Positions 17,387 through 26,767 of a DNA stretch of 31,681 nt are shown in pieces. A program made the translations under genes and the position numbers. Each line of letters starts with the position of its first letter. The stretch's first letter is position 1. Under the pieces are notes generated by a model. It made no database searches. It was not told the DNA's origin and saw only the letters and a program-made list of their open reading frames with translations. Location of the stretch: positions 682,001 through 713,681 of the forward strand of contig CALSSD010000005.1 in NCBI GenBank assembly GCA_943788915.1, given 5' to 3'. This DNA comes from an uncultured Acidimicrobiales bacterium (GTDB lineage: Bacteria; Actinomycetota; Acidimicrobiia; Acidimicrobiales; UBA10347).

Positions 17387-18214
17387 TCAAGAAGTGGCGG
17401 GAGAGAGTGCTTCTCCGGCGACGGTGATGCGGTGCATCAGACGACGGTGGCCGGGATAATCGTTGAGCGCCCAATGCCAAGTGCTGCGGTTGTCCCACAT
17501 AGCGATTGACCCAACGTCCCATTGAAACTGGGTGGTGACCTGATCCTGACCTACATGTTCGTAGAGGTATTGGAGCAGCGGCGCTGACTCTTCCATTGTC
17601 CAGCCCACGAAATGTCGGGTGAAGGCCAGGTTGACATACAGCAGCTTCCGGCCGGTCTGAGGATGCTGGATCACCACCGGGTGCACAGCATTGCCGACGC
17701 CCTCGGGATTACCCAGGCGGTCACCCATCTCACGGTTGTATTGCGCTGACTTGCCGAAGACATGTTCATTGCTGTGCACCGCTTCGAGCGACTCGAGGGT
17801 CTTCTGAAGTCCGGGCGAGAGCGCGTCGTAGGCCGCAGCCACGTCGGCGAATCGGGTATCGCCACCAACAGGAGGGACCTCTCGTGCCAGCAGAATCGAT
17901 CCCCGAGCAGGGATCTGGTCGTAGGTGTGATCGGTATGCCAGGCGCCACCAATATTGCCCTGCTGATCAGCTTCTTTGAGCACGGTTGCAATCTTCGGGT
18001 GGGTTTCCACCGGCTTGAAGAACTTGTTCACATCGATCGAAGCGAACCGTTCCGCAAAGGTGATGTGATCATCGGGCGTGAGCTCTTGGTCACGGAAGAA
18101 CAACACGCCATGTTCGGCCCATGCGTTGGCCAACTGGGTGGTGGCGTCGTCGTTGAGTTGTCGAACATCAACGTCACTCACCGTGGCGCCGACCCGTTCC
18201 GGAGTAATCAGCAT
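17387..18214 (-). CDS. TauD/TfdA family 2-oxoglutarate dioxygenase
   Basis: HGVLFFRDQ, WHTD, GGDTRF, HPVV..HP.TGRK, WDNRSTWH, RLMHR; leaderless TAAGGT-N7-ATG. Confidence 0.92.
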   Translation of the reverse strand: MLITPERVGATVSDVDVRQLNDDATTQLANAWAEHGVLFFRDQELTPDDHITFAERFASIDVNKFFKPVETHPKIATVLKEADQQGNIGGAWHTDHTYDQIPARGSILLAREVPPVGGDTRFADVAAAYDALSPGLQKTLESLEAVHSNEHVFGKSAQYNREMGDRLGNPEGVGNAVHPVVIQHPQTGRKLLYVNLAFTRHFVGWTMEESAPLLQYLYEHVGQDQVTTQFQWDVGSIAMWDNRSTWHWALNDYPGHRRLMHRITVAGEALSPATS

Positions 18215-18278
18215 GGACACCACCTTAGGTCTGTGCATCCACCGCAGGTCTGTGTTGATTGTGTGCAAGCATGAACTG

Positions 18279-18854
18279 GTGCTTATCAAACGGGCGGTCC
18301 TGGACCAGATCGAAGCTGGCGATCTCGACCTCATCTTCCGGAAATGGCGCAAGCCAACCGTGAAGGAAGGCGGTCAACTCCGCACTGCGGTTGGCATGTT
18401 GAATATCGTTGCCGTAGACAAAACCGCCAAGTCGACAATCACCGCAGCCGACGCCAACCGAGCTGGCTTCGTGTCCAAGGCGGCACTTCTCACCGAACTC
18501 GACAGTCGCTACGAAGGCGACATCTATCGCATCACCGTTAAACACGGCGGCGTCGATCCCCGGATTGCGCTACGAGAGAATGCAAACCTGAGTGCGGATG
18601 ACATCGCCGAGTTGCAGGCCCGGCTGGCTCGACTCGACAAGGTGTCGAAGCGGGGACCGTGGACCACAACGTTTCTCAAACTGCTCGATGCCAATCCACA
18701 TGTGCGAGCCCCCGACTTGGCCGAAGGACTCGGGTTGGACAAGCCGACGTTTAAGAACGACGTTCGTAAACTCAAGGGTCTGGGCCTAACCATTAGCTTC
18801 TCGCCCGGCTACGAACTGAGCCCCCGGGGCAAGGCATACCTCGACTCGCTGTAA
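18279..18854 (+). CDS. ASCH/PUA-like N-domain plus C-terminal winged-HTH protein
   Basis: FRKWRKPTVKEGG, DANRAGF, RAPDLAEGLG, FKNDVRKLKGLGLTIS, GYELSPRG. Confidence 0.75.
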   Translation: MLIKRAVLDQIEAGDLDLIFRKWRKPTVKEGGQLRTAVGMLNIVAVDKTAKSTITAADANRAGFVSKAALLTELDSRYEGDIYRITVKHGGVDPRIALRENANLSADDIAELQARLARLDKVSKRGPWTTTFLKLLDANPHVRAPDLAEGLGLDKPTFKNDVRKLKGLGLTISFSPGYELSPRGKAYLDSL

Positions 18855-18888
18855 TCCCCCTGCCCAGGTGTCAGCCCAGCGTTGTCCG

Positions 18889-18930
18889 CGTCACCTGGGG
18901 TCAGACCCGCCGTCACCTGGGGTCAGACCC
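18889..18930. repeat. Two 20-bp direct repeats containing GGGGTCAGACCC
   Basis: CGTCACCTGGGGTCAGACCC at 18889-18908 and 18911-18930. Confidence 0.8.
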
Positions 18931-19002
18931 TGCGTGTGCTTCTGGACCGACGGCAGCGGCCGTGAGTAGGGTCGTAGGGGTACGAGCCGAACGGGGGGAT
19001 CC

Positions 19003-19161
19003 ATGATTGACGGCTTCCATACGATCATCTACTCAGATGATCCTGTCGCTACTCGAGCGATCCTTCACGACGTCGCGCAGTGGCCTTCGATCGATGCTGG
19101 CGACGGCTGGCCCATGCTCTATCAAGCGCGCCCCGAGCTCGCCCATCAAATCGTTGACTGA
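19003..19161 (+). pseudogene. Truncated VOC/glyoxalase family gene (52 aa, not in the ORF track)
   Basis: MIDGFHTIIYSDDPVATRAILHDVAQWPSIDAGDGW resembles VOC N-termini; G-rich RBS; premature stop. Confidence 0.6.
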
Positions 19162-19162
19162 C

Positions 19163-19795
19163 ATGGGCCAGGGCCTTGCTGCCGAATCAGGCGCATCCCC
19201 TACAGACATCGCCGCGTACTACGACGCGTGGGCCGCGAACGACTACGACGCCGACGTAACCAGCTGGGGTTATGAAGCTCCCGAGCGGGTTGCGGCGATG
19301 GTCACCAGGCGTCTCCAGGAACAACCAGGGCAGGTACTCGACGCGGGCTGCGGCACCGGCCGAGTCGGGGCGGCACTCCAAGCGCTCGGCGTCAAAGATG
19401 TCATCGGTGGCGACTTCACGCCTGCAAGTGTCGAAGCTGCACGCCGCCGCAACGTCTACCAGAGTGTTGACCACCTCGATCTGAACGAACGCCTTGTGTT
19501 CAATGACAACCAGTTCGCCGCGGTCGTCAGCGTGGGTGTGTTCTCGTATCTGACCGACACACTCGCCACGATCACGGAGTTACTTCGGATCACGGAACCC
19601 GCCGGTGTCGTCATCTTCACCCAGCGCACCGACCTGTGGGCCGAACGCGAGTGCGACGCGTTGGTCTCGTCTCTTGTCGCAACTGGCGTCTGCACTGCAA
19701 AAATATCCGATCCATCGCCGTATCTGCCGGGCCACGACGAATTCGGCACCGACATCGGCATCATCTACATAACACTGACGGTAAAGAAACCATGA
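19163..19795 (+). CDS. Class I SAM-dependent methyltransferase
   Basis: YYDAWAANDYD, VLDAGCGTG, FAAVVSVGVF. Confidence 0.88.
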   Translation: MGQGLAAESGASPTDIAAYYDAWAANDYDADVTSWGYEAPERVAAMVTRRLQEQPGQVLDAGCGTGRVGAALQALGVKDVIGGDFTPASVEAARRRNVYQSVDHLDLNERLVFNDNQFAAVVSVGVFSYLTDTLATITELLRITEPAGVVIFTQRTDLWAERECDALVSSLVATGVCTAKISDPSPYLPGHDEFGTDIGIIYITLTVKKP

Positions 19796-21225
19796 CCGCT
19801 ACACCCACCCTCGCCGATGGCCTGCATCTCATCGTGAAACGAGATTGCCCAACCTGCGTTCTGATCGAGCCAGTCATTGCGCAGCTCGCCGCCACGAGCC
19901 AACCGCTCACGGTATACACCCAGGACGACCCGAGTTTTCCCGAGAGCGTCGACGCCGTCGACGACGGCAACCTTTCCATCTCCTGGCATCACCAGATTGA
20001 GACGGTGCCGACGTTGCTGCGCTTCGAAGCGGGTTCCGAGACAGACCGGATCGTCGGCTGGGAACGGTCACAATGGGAGACCTTCACCGACCAACAAGAT
20101 CTTGCGCCCGAGATTGCTGGGTACGCCCCGGGTTGTGGGTCGCTCTCGGTAGACCCCGACATCGTCGACGAGCTGGCGTTTCGGTTCGGGGCTTCGCCGC
20201 TGCGGCAACGGCGAGTCGAATTCGCCGACGCCGAAGACGACGTCGAAGCAATGTACGAGCGAGGTTGGACCGATGGACTTCCTGTCGTTGCCCCAACCGA
20301 AGCTCGAGTGCTCCGCATGCTCGAAGGCACCAGCCGCGACCCGCAAGAAATCGTGGCCATCATTCCGCCGCTGCTCGAGCCAGCGACCGTGGAACAGGTT
20401 GCGATCAACGCAGTCATGGCTGGCTGCAAACCCGAGTACTTCCCGGTCGTCCTTGCTGCGGTCGAAGCTGCCTGCACCGACCAGTTCAACATCCATGGCT
20501 TGTTGTGCACCTTGTGGTTCTCCGGACCTGTCGTCATCGTGAACGGACCTATTCGACACGAGATTGGTTTGAACTCGGGCAAGAACGCGCTCGGTCAAGG
20601 CACTCGGGCCAATGCCACGATCGGGCGGGCGCTTCAGCTGGTGATCCGTAATCTGGGCGGCGGCAAACCTGGCGACGATGGCATCGACCGCTCCGCCCTG
20701 GGCGCACCGTCCAAGGTCGGTTGGTGTTTCGCCGAAGACGAGGAGAACCTGCCAGACGGATGGCCGTCGCTTGCTGTCGAACGAGGCTTCGCACCTACCG
20801 ATTCGACCGTGACTCTCTTTGCAGGACACGGACCCAGCGGCGCTGTCGATCAGACGTCACGCACACCCGAGGACCTGACCCGTTCGCTCGCGGGGCGACT
20901 GATCGCCACCGGGCATCCGCATCAACGAAGCGAAGCCATGCTGGTCATGACTCCCGAACATCAACGGGTGTTCGCCGATGCAGGATGGTCGAAGCAACGC
21001 TTTCGCGACGAACTCGACCCGCTGCTTGTCATCGACCCATCGGTTGCCCTCCCCGGGATAGCCGGCGACACGGACCAAGCCAGCAACGGTGTGCCAAAGT
21101 TCCGCCCCGACTCGCTGATGATCGTGCGGGCTGGCGGCGACGCTGGTGCCTTCTCTGCAATCATCGAAGGCTGGATCGGCGGGCGTATGGGCAGCGAACC
21201 AATCACCCACAAGATCGAACGCTAG
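19792..21225 (+). CDS. Thioredoxin-like (CPTC) domain fused to a conserved GWTDGLP domain
   Basis: KRDCPTC, ETVPT, PGCGS, GWTDGLPVVAPTE, AINAVMAGC, RANATIGRAL; ATGA overlap with methyltransferase. Confidence 0.85.
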   Translation: MTATPTLADGLHLIVKRDCPTCVLIEPVIAQLAATSQPLTVYTQDDPSFPESVDAVDDGNLSISWHHQIETVPTLLRFEAGSETDRIVGWERSQWETFTDQQDLAPEIAGYAPGCGSLSVDPDIVDELAFRFGASPLRQRRVEFADAEDDVEAMYERGWTDGLPVVAPTEARVLRMLEGTSRDPQEIVAIIPPLLEPATVEQVAINAVMAGCKPEYFPVVLAAVEAACTDQFNIHGLLCTLWFSGPVVIVNGPIRHEIGLNSGKNALGQGTRANATIGRALQLVIRNLGGGKPGDDGIDRSALGAPSKVGWCFAEDEENLPDGWPSLAVERGFAPTDSTVTLFAGHGPSGAVDQTSRTPEDLTRSLAGRLIATGHPHQRSEAMLVMTPEHQRVFADAGWSKQRFRDELDPLLVIDPSVALPGIAGDTDQASNGVPKFRPDSLMIVRAGGDAGAFSAIIEGWIGGRMGSEPITHKIER

Positions 21226-21584
21226 ACACAGCCGCCAGGCACGTTTCAGTTCTTTGACCCATTCGCCGCAATGGCACGTTTGGCGATGCCAACTACGACG
21301 ACGTGTCCATCTTTCAGCTCAACGATGCACGGGAAAACGCGTTACGAATCGCTCAAACCGCAGGCCCAGGGTGGTTGCCTCGGCGAAACGCCCGCCATAT
21401 TCCTGACGGGCATCCCCGCGAACAAGCGGCCCGATGATGGCGACATGTAGCGCGGCCGCCCCGAAGAACTTGGCGAGGCCCAGCGGTCGGTATTGCTGGC
21501 TTTTACGGCATGAGGAAGCGCCAACATGGCTGATACGTGGGTGCCGCCCTCGAACTATCTGTCAAAATCTGCAAGGCTGGAGGA

Positions 21585-22040
21585 GTGACTGGTATTCGCA
21601 TCCGCCCTGCCCAGCCCGAGGACCATGAGGCCATCGTGGCCTGCGTCAACGCTGCATACCAGGGATACGTCGAGGACATCGGCGAGAAACCTGCCCCAAT
21701 GCTCGACGACTACAAGGCGCTCATCCGTGCCGAAGCCGTAACCGTCGCGATCGATGGTGACGAAGTGGCTGGTCTCATCGTCATGTGGGCTCGGCCGGAC
21801 CACTGGTATGTCGACAATGTGGCCGTATGGCCCGAGCGCCAGGGCACCGGCATTGGCTCAATCCTTTTGGCACGGGCCGAACACGTCGCTCGTGCGGCGG
21901 GCTTCGACGAAATCCGGCTGTACACGAACGAGGCAATGACCGCGAACACCACGTATTACGAACATCGGGGGTATGTCGAGACCCACCGCTCGTCAGAAGC
22001 CGGCTACAACCGCATCAACTACACCCGCGCCGTCAACTAG
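21585..22040 (+). CDS. GNAT family N-acetyltransferase
   Basis: NVAVWPERQGTGIG, LYTNEAM, YYEHRGY. Confidence 0.88.
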   Translation: MTGIRIRPAQPEDHEAIVACVNAAYQGYVEDIGEKPAPMLDDYKALIRAEAVTVAIDGDEVAGLIVMWARPDHWYVDNVAVWPERQGTGIGSILLARAEHVARAAGFDEIRLYTNEAMTANTTYYEHRGYVETHRSSEAGYNRINYTRAVN

Positions 22041-22087
22041 ACAGATAGCGCACCTAGGTAGTTCACGCAGCTAGCTCACCTAGGTAG

Positions 22088-22134
22088 CTCGGACAGGGTT
22101 TCGGCGAGGAACGCGCAGAAACCCTGACTACCCG
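22088..22134. repeat. Dispersed 47-bp hairpin element, copy B
   Basis: CAGGGTTTC..GAAACCCTG stem; 40/47 identical to 5103-5149. Confidence 0.75.
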
Positions 22135-23318
22135 TTGAACCGGTCGGTTTCGGGATAGAGGTCGAAACGGCCGAGGCGGTCGAGACAGACTTCGACGCTC
22201 CACGGCAACATGGTCGCGCCAGCGCGGGAGTCGCGGTACGCCTGTTCGAGCGGCGAAGGTCGCAGCATGGAACGTCCACCAGCGATCTCGATGGCCTTCG
22301 ATGCCAGCTCAGGGGCGCCTTGCATGGTCGTGACCATGGACGTCCACGCTCGACGCAGTGATTCGCGCGACGGATCTGCGGACGCCTCGCCCAGCACTCG
22401 GTAACACAATGCTTGCGCACGGTCGTAGGTCAACTGCATGTCGGCCCAGCCATGTTGTTTGATGTGGTTGTCACGGCGAGCGCTGGTGCCGTGTTCGCCT
22501 CGCAGGTAGGAACTGGTGTAGTCGAGGATGCTCCGCATGAGGCCCAGATAGGAGAACGACAACGTCATATAGAAGTACGGCCACCGCCATGCGGCCTGCT
22601 CGAACATGCCGGGTGGAATCCACTCGTTGCCTTCGGGCACGAACACGTCGGTCATGAGCAGATTGCGTGAGTCGGTGCCCCGCATGCCCAACGGGTCCCA
22701 GCCGCCTTCGATCTCGACACCATCGGCATCGGCTGGGACACCCATCAGGTGCAGTTGGTCGTCGGCGTCGGAGATACACACCACGTTGTGGATGTTCGCT
22801 GCGCCAGAGAGCGATGCAAAGATCTTCCGGCCGGTGACCAGATAACCACCGTCGACCTTCTTGGCCATGGTCGCAAAACCGCCGGTGGCCGACGCCACCG
22901 TGCCCTCACTGAACGGCTGGCTATGGATCGTGTGATTGTTCACGACCCCGTGCCAGAGCTGTTCACGGCGGGCGTGTTGGGTGGCGCGCACATCGTCGGG
23001 GAGATCCATGTCGTCGGCGATCTGGCCGACCATCAGGGTGGTGGCGACATGCATATTGAAGGTCAGGCCAGTCGTGGCGCAGTGTCGCCCAAGCTCTTCA
23101 GATGCCAGCGCATACGCAACAAAGTCGCCCCCGAGCCCGCCGTGTTCTTTCGGGATACAGATGCCAAGCAGGCCGGCACGTTTCAGGTCTTCCCAGTTCT
23201 CGTAGGGAAACGTGGCATCCCGATCCGAGTCGAACGAACGCCTCGGAAAGTCGACAGCCGCGGCTGTCATCCGCTCAACAATGTCGCGACGTTCCGGCGT
23301 GAATAGCGCATCCTGCAT
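22128..23318 (-). CDS. Acyl-CoA dehydrogenase / flavin-dependent monooxygenase family protein
   Basis: IPKEHGGLG, QPFSE, GRKIFASLSG, WDPLGMRGTDS, LEQAYRDSRAG. Confidence 0.88.
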   Translation of the reverse strand: MQDALFTPERRDIVERMTAAAVDFPRRSFDSDRDATFPYENWEDLKRAGLLGICIPKEHGGLGGDFVAYALASEELGRHCATTGLTFNMHVATTLMVGQIADDMDLPDDVRATQHARREQLWHGVVNNHTIHSQPFSEGTVASATGGFATMAKKVDGGYLVTGRKIFASLSGAANIHNVVCISDADDQLHLMGVPADADGVEIEGGWDPLGMRGTDSRNLLMTDVFVPEGNEWIPPGMFEQAAWRWPYFYMTLSFSYLGLMRSILDYTSSYLRGEHGTSARRDNHIKQHGWADMQLTYDRAQALCYRVLGEASADPSRESLRRAWTSMVTTMQGAPELASKAIEIAGGRSMLRPSPLEQAYRDSRAGATMLPWSVEVCLDRLGRFDLYPETDRFNG

Positions 23319-23373
23319 GCGCCAAGTGTCCCGCATCTCCAGACGAATTGCTAACCCTGGCAGTCCTTAACCA

Positions 23374-23482
23374 TGTGGCATCGTTGCGGCGCGAACAACG
23401 TCGATGTGCATGGCGGGTCTGACCCTGGACGACCACGGGCCGTTCTAAATCGGGTCGAGGCCCACACCGTGTGGCATCGTTG
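23374..23482 (+). promoter_or_regulatory. 13-bp direct repeat TGTGGCATCGTTG (tandem promoter or operator)
   Basis: Copies at 23374-23386 and 23470-23482; the second contains TGN-CATCGT 6 nt before the ATG at 23487. Confidence 0.45.
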
Positions 23483-23486
23483 AGCC

Positions 23487-24533
23487 ATGCTCGTTGAACG
23501 AATTGAAGCCAAGTGGATAGATGCATTTGCCGAGGTGTTTCGGCTGTGTGGTGTTGAACCCGGCGACGAATGCGCAGTACTCGCCGAAACACAAAGTCGG
23601 GGCGTCAATGTCGAGCTCAGCGAGTTAGCGCTCAAGCGACTAGGCGCAAACGTTTTCCGGGTCACGATGCAGACGCCGGCCCAGACCGCTCCGGTCGCGA
23701 TCCGCTCCACCGGGGCCAGCGATGCCATTGGCGGTTCCGCACCCGTGATCGCTGCCTTGTCGCAAGTTGCGTTCATTGCCGACTGCACCGTCGAGGGTCT
23801 CCTGCACGCACCCGAACTTCCTCAGCTACTCGGTGGTGGGGCTCGAACCCTCATGGTGTCGAACGAACATCCCGACATTCTTGAGCGACTTGTTCCCGAT
23901 ACAGCGCTTGAGGCCAAGGTCAAGATCGGCACCAAGATGTTGCGGGGTGCCAAAGAAATGCGTGTCACCAGCGCTGCCGGCACGGACCTCACAATCGATG
24001 TTGAGACCGCACCCGCTGGATCGAGCTGGGGTTACACCGCACGACCCGGGACCATCGCTCACTGGCCCGGTGGACTCTGCCTGTGTTTTCCCAGCGAGGG
24101 ATCGGTAAACGGCACGCTGGTGATGGACGTCGGCGACGTCAATCTGACCTTCAAGCGATACACCGATTCGCCCATTCGCTGCACCATTGAAAACGACTTC
24201 ATCGTCGATATCCAAGGCGACGGCGTCGACGCAGCCTTGATGAAGAGTTACCTCGAAGCATGGGGCGACCGCGAGGCATACGCCGTATCTCACGTGGGCT
24301 GGGGCATGAACCCCGCGGCCCGGTGGGACTCACTTGCGATGTATGACAAGACGCAGACCAACGGCACCGAACTTCGGGCCTTTGGCGGAAACTTCTTGTA
24401 TTCGACGGGAGCAAACGAAGTCGCAGGTCGGCACACACTTGGACACTTTGACCTGCCCATGCGGGGCTGCACCGTAGAACTCGATGGCGCTGCTGTCGTC
24501 GACGCTGGCGTGTTGCAGGGCGAGCTTGCATGA
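23487..24533 (+). CDS. NicX-like 2,5-dihydroxypyridine 5,6-dioxygenase (M29 peptidase fold)
   Basis: LLHAPE, HWPGG, GTLVMDVGD, SHVGWG, RAFGGNFLYSTG, HFDLP with His/His/Asp metal ligands as in NicX. Confidence 0.8.
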   Translation: MLVERIEAKWIDAFAEVFRLCGVEPGDECAVLAETQSRGVNVELSELALKRLGANVFRVTMQTPAQTAPVAIRSTGASDAIGGSAPVIAALSQVAFIADCTVEGLLHAPELPQLLGGGARTLMVSNEHPDILERLVPDTALEAKVKIGTKMLRGAKEMRVTSAAGTDLTIDVETAPAGSSWGYTARPGTIAHWPGGLCLCFPSEGSVNGTLVMDVGDVNLTFKRYTDSPIRCTIENDFIVDIQGDGVDAALMKSYLEAWGDREAYAVSHVGWGMNPAARWDSLAMYDKTQTNGTELRAFGGNFLYSTGANEVAGRHTLGHFDLPMRGCTVELDGAAVVDAGVLQGELA

Positions 24534-25306
24534 ACGAACCCCTCCCCGAGTACATGGTGGTCGGAGAGGGACACTCCACCCTCGTCTTCCTCCACGGGCT
24601 CGGCGGTGATCACACAAACTGGCAGCCTCAATTCGCCGAGTTTGCATCGGACTACCGATGTGTGGCGTGGACCCTGCCGGGGTATGGCCTATCGCCGCCA
24701 CTCGAGGCGCTGACCTGGCCAAACCTGTCAGACATGTTGGCCCGGGTGCTCGACGACATCGGCGTCGACCGGGCAACCATTGTTGGCATATCGATGGGTG
24801 GATATATCGCTCAACAGTTCGCCGCTGATTACGACGAACGCGTTGACCGGTTGATCTTGGCCGCAACGTCGTCTCAGTTTGGTCGGGGCAGCGCCTCGTT
24901 TTCGGAGAAGTTCTTGGCCGCCCGACTCAAGCCACTCGACGACGGGAGAACACCTGCGGACCTGGCGCCCGATGTTGTGCGTGGCCTGCTGAGCTCCGAC
25001 GCACCACTCGACGCCCTCACAAACTGCGTGGCGTCCATGTCCCGCATCTCGACTGACGCGTATCGAGCGGCGCTGCACTGCCTCGTCACGTGGAGCTTCA
25101 CTGATTACCTCTACAAAATTAGTGCCCCAACGTTGTGTCTCGCTGGTGCTGACGATGCAACAGCCCCGGTTGCGGCACTTCGTGCATTAGCCGAAGGTCT
25201 GCCCGATGGTCAGCTCGAAGTCATCGACAACTGCAACCATCTCATGAACCTAGATCGGCCCAACGAATTCAACGAGCTGACGCGTCAGTTTCTGAACTCA
25301 CACTGA
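24530..25306 (+). CDS. Alpha/beta hydrolase (positionally NicD/deformylase-like)
   Basis: FLHGLGG, GISMGG nucleophile, AGADD, CNHL; ATGA-coupled to the NicX-like gene. Confidence 0.85.
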   Translation: MNEPLPEYMVVGEGHSTLVFLHGLGGDHTNWQPQFAEFASDYRCVAWTLPGYGLSPPLEALTWPNLSDMLARVLDDIGVDRATIVGISMGGYIAQQFAADYDERVDRLILAATSSQFGRGSASFSEKFLAARLKPLDDGRTPADLAPDVVRGLLSSDAPLDALTNCVASMSRISTDAYRAALHCLVTWSFTDYLYKISAPTLCLAGADDATAPVAALRALAEGLPDGQLEVIDNCNHLMNLDRPNEFNELTRQFLNSH

Positions 25307-25420
25307 CGTTTTCGACACCGTGACAAAACTCGGCACCGCCGAACGTCCCTTGCCGTGCGCCTTGGCCTCATGTAACGCCCGATCCGAGGCACTGGTCTCG
25401 CCCATGCTTGACTGAGAACC
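25298..25420 (-). pseudogene. Possible GGDEF-domain C-terminal remnant
   Basis: SDRALHEAKAHGKGR resembles ADxALYxAKxxGR; no GGDEF signature upstream. Confidence 0.35.
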
Positions 25421-25522
25421 AGCCACCTCACATAGATGGCCGGTGCTTGGGACCGTCTTGTGCAGGAGTGTTGACAAGCTCGACCAACAGTGCTCAGCGC
25501 TCACTCACAGCCTGATTCGGTG

Positions 25523-26767
25523 TCAGCGGTGGATGGCGGTTTGTTGGTTGGTTGAGGCCACCAGGCGACCAGCGGTGAAGGTGCGGCGGGCCATGGGGGC
25601 ATCGGCGATGGCGGCCCGCACGGTCGGCGCATCAATGGCCATGAAGTCGGCGGGGTCACCGGGTTCGAAGTTCACCGGTGCAAGCCCCATTGCCCGTCGT
25701 GGCGCGTTGCTGACCATGTCGTAGGCGGCTTCGGGGCTGCGATGGCCAGCCATGATCATGAGTGCTGCTGTCTCGAGGGGATCACTGCGACCAACAAGAT
25801 TGAACGGGTCTTGGACGTTGTCACCACCCGCTCCGACGTTCACGCCCGCGTCGAGCAACGGGTCGATAGCGGTCAGGCCGCGCGGCGGCGCGGTCGGCAC
25901 ACCACGGGCCTGAAGGAACAGGTTCGTTTGTGGCAGGGCAAAGATCGCCATGTGGGCTTCGGCCACAATCGCTGCCACCTCGGCCTGCACCGCTGGGCCC
26001 TGCATGCCGAGTGACACGCAGTGGCTTGCAGCCACGCCGTTTGTGAACCCAGCGTCGATGACCTGCCGGGCGTAGTCAGGAAGTGTGAGCACCGAAGCAT
26101 CGAGAGTTTCGTCGACGTGGAGATCGAGCGGTAGTCCCGCTTCGGTGGCAAGATCGATCACGTAGGCGATCATGGCGCTGCCATCGGGTTCCAGATGTGG
26201 ACAGCCGCCAATCAGGTCGACACCAGCCTCGAGCGCCTGATCGAGGGCGGTTCGATTGCCAGCGCCGGCATCGCCGGTGAGCGGCGATTGCACCAGCGCA
26301 ACCGTCTGCACATGCATAAGATCCTGGACGCGCAACCGAGCCTCGTTCACCGCACGCACCGCCGACGCGCCATACCCTTCGCCGACGTTCACATGGCTAC
26401 GCACTGCGGTTACGCCTCGCACGAGCAACATTTCCATAGCCATGGCGGCCCGGTCGACCGTGTCATCGTGAGTGATGCGTCCGGCCTGGGCAGCAGCAAC
26501 CCACGCGTGGATAGCGCCAGCAAGATCTCCCGCCGGATTAGGAACGAGGTCCGCAGTCAGCGCCTTGTCGACATGGGCGTGCGGTTCGGCCATGGCCGGC
26601 AGCAAAAGCCATCCATCGAGATCGTGGGTGGTGACGCCGGCATCGCTGTCCGGCGCGTCGGAAGTGTCGGCTGGCTCGACGGAGCTGATCTGCCCGTCGA
26701 CCACCTGGATGTCGACGAGCCGACCGTCGGCCAATAGTGCGTCCGTTATCTGTGTACGAGACGTCAC
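25523..26767 (-). CDS. Amidohydrolase, cytosine deaminase (CodA)-like
   Basis: EPHAHVDK, RSHVNV, DLHVDE, ASHC, LPQTNLFLQ, GGDNVQDPF; GTG overlaps the LLM stop. Confidence 0.88.
   Translation of the reverse strand: MTSRTQITDALLADGRLVDIQVVDGQISSVEPADTSDAPDSDAGVTTHDLDGWLLLPAMAEPHAHVDKALTADLVPNPAGDLAGAIHAWVAAAQAGRITHDDTVDRAAMAMEMLLVRGVTAVRSHVNVGEGYGASAVRAVNEARLRVQDLMHVQTVALVQSPLTGDAGAGNRTALDQALEAGVDLIGGCPHLEPDGSAMIAYVIDLATEAGLPLDLHVDETLDASVLTLPDYARQVIDAGFTNGVAASHCVSLGMQGPAVQAEVAAIVAEAHMAIFALPQTNLFLQARGVPTAPPRGLTAIDPLLDAGVNVGAGGDNVQDPFNLVGRSDPLETAALMIMAGHRSPEAAYDMVSNAPRRAMGLAPVNFEPGDPADFMAIDAPTVRAAIADAPMARRTFTAGRLVASTNQQTAIHR

Noticed and set aside
21448..21540. TGA-GGA-AGC (U-G-S) at 21511 as a UGSC selenoprotein
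   Set aside because: The next residue is Ala rather than Cys, there is an in-frame TAG at 21448-21450, and no credible start or family context; probably decayed sequence
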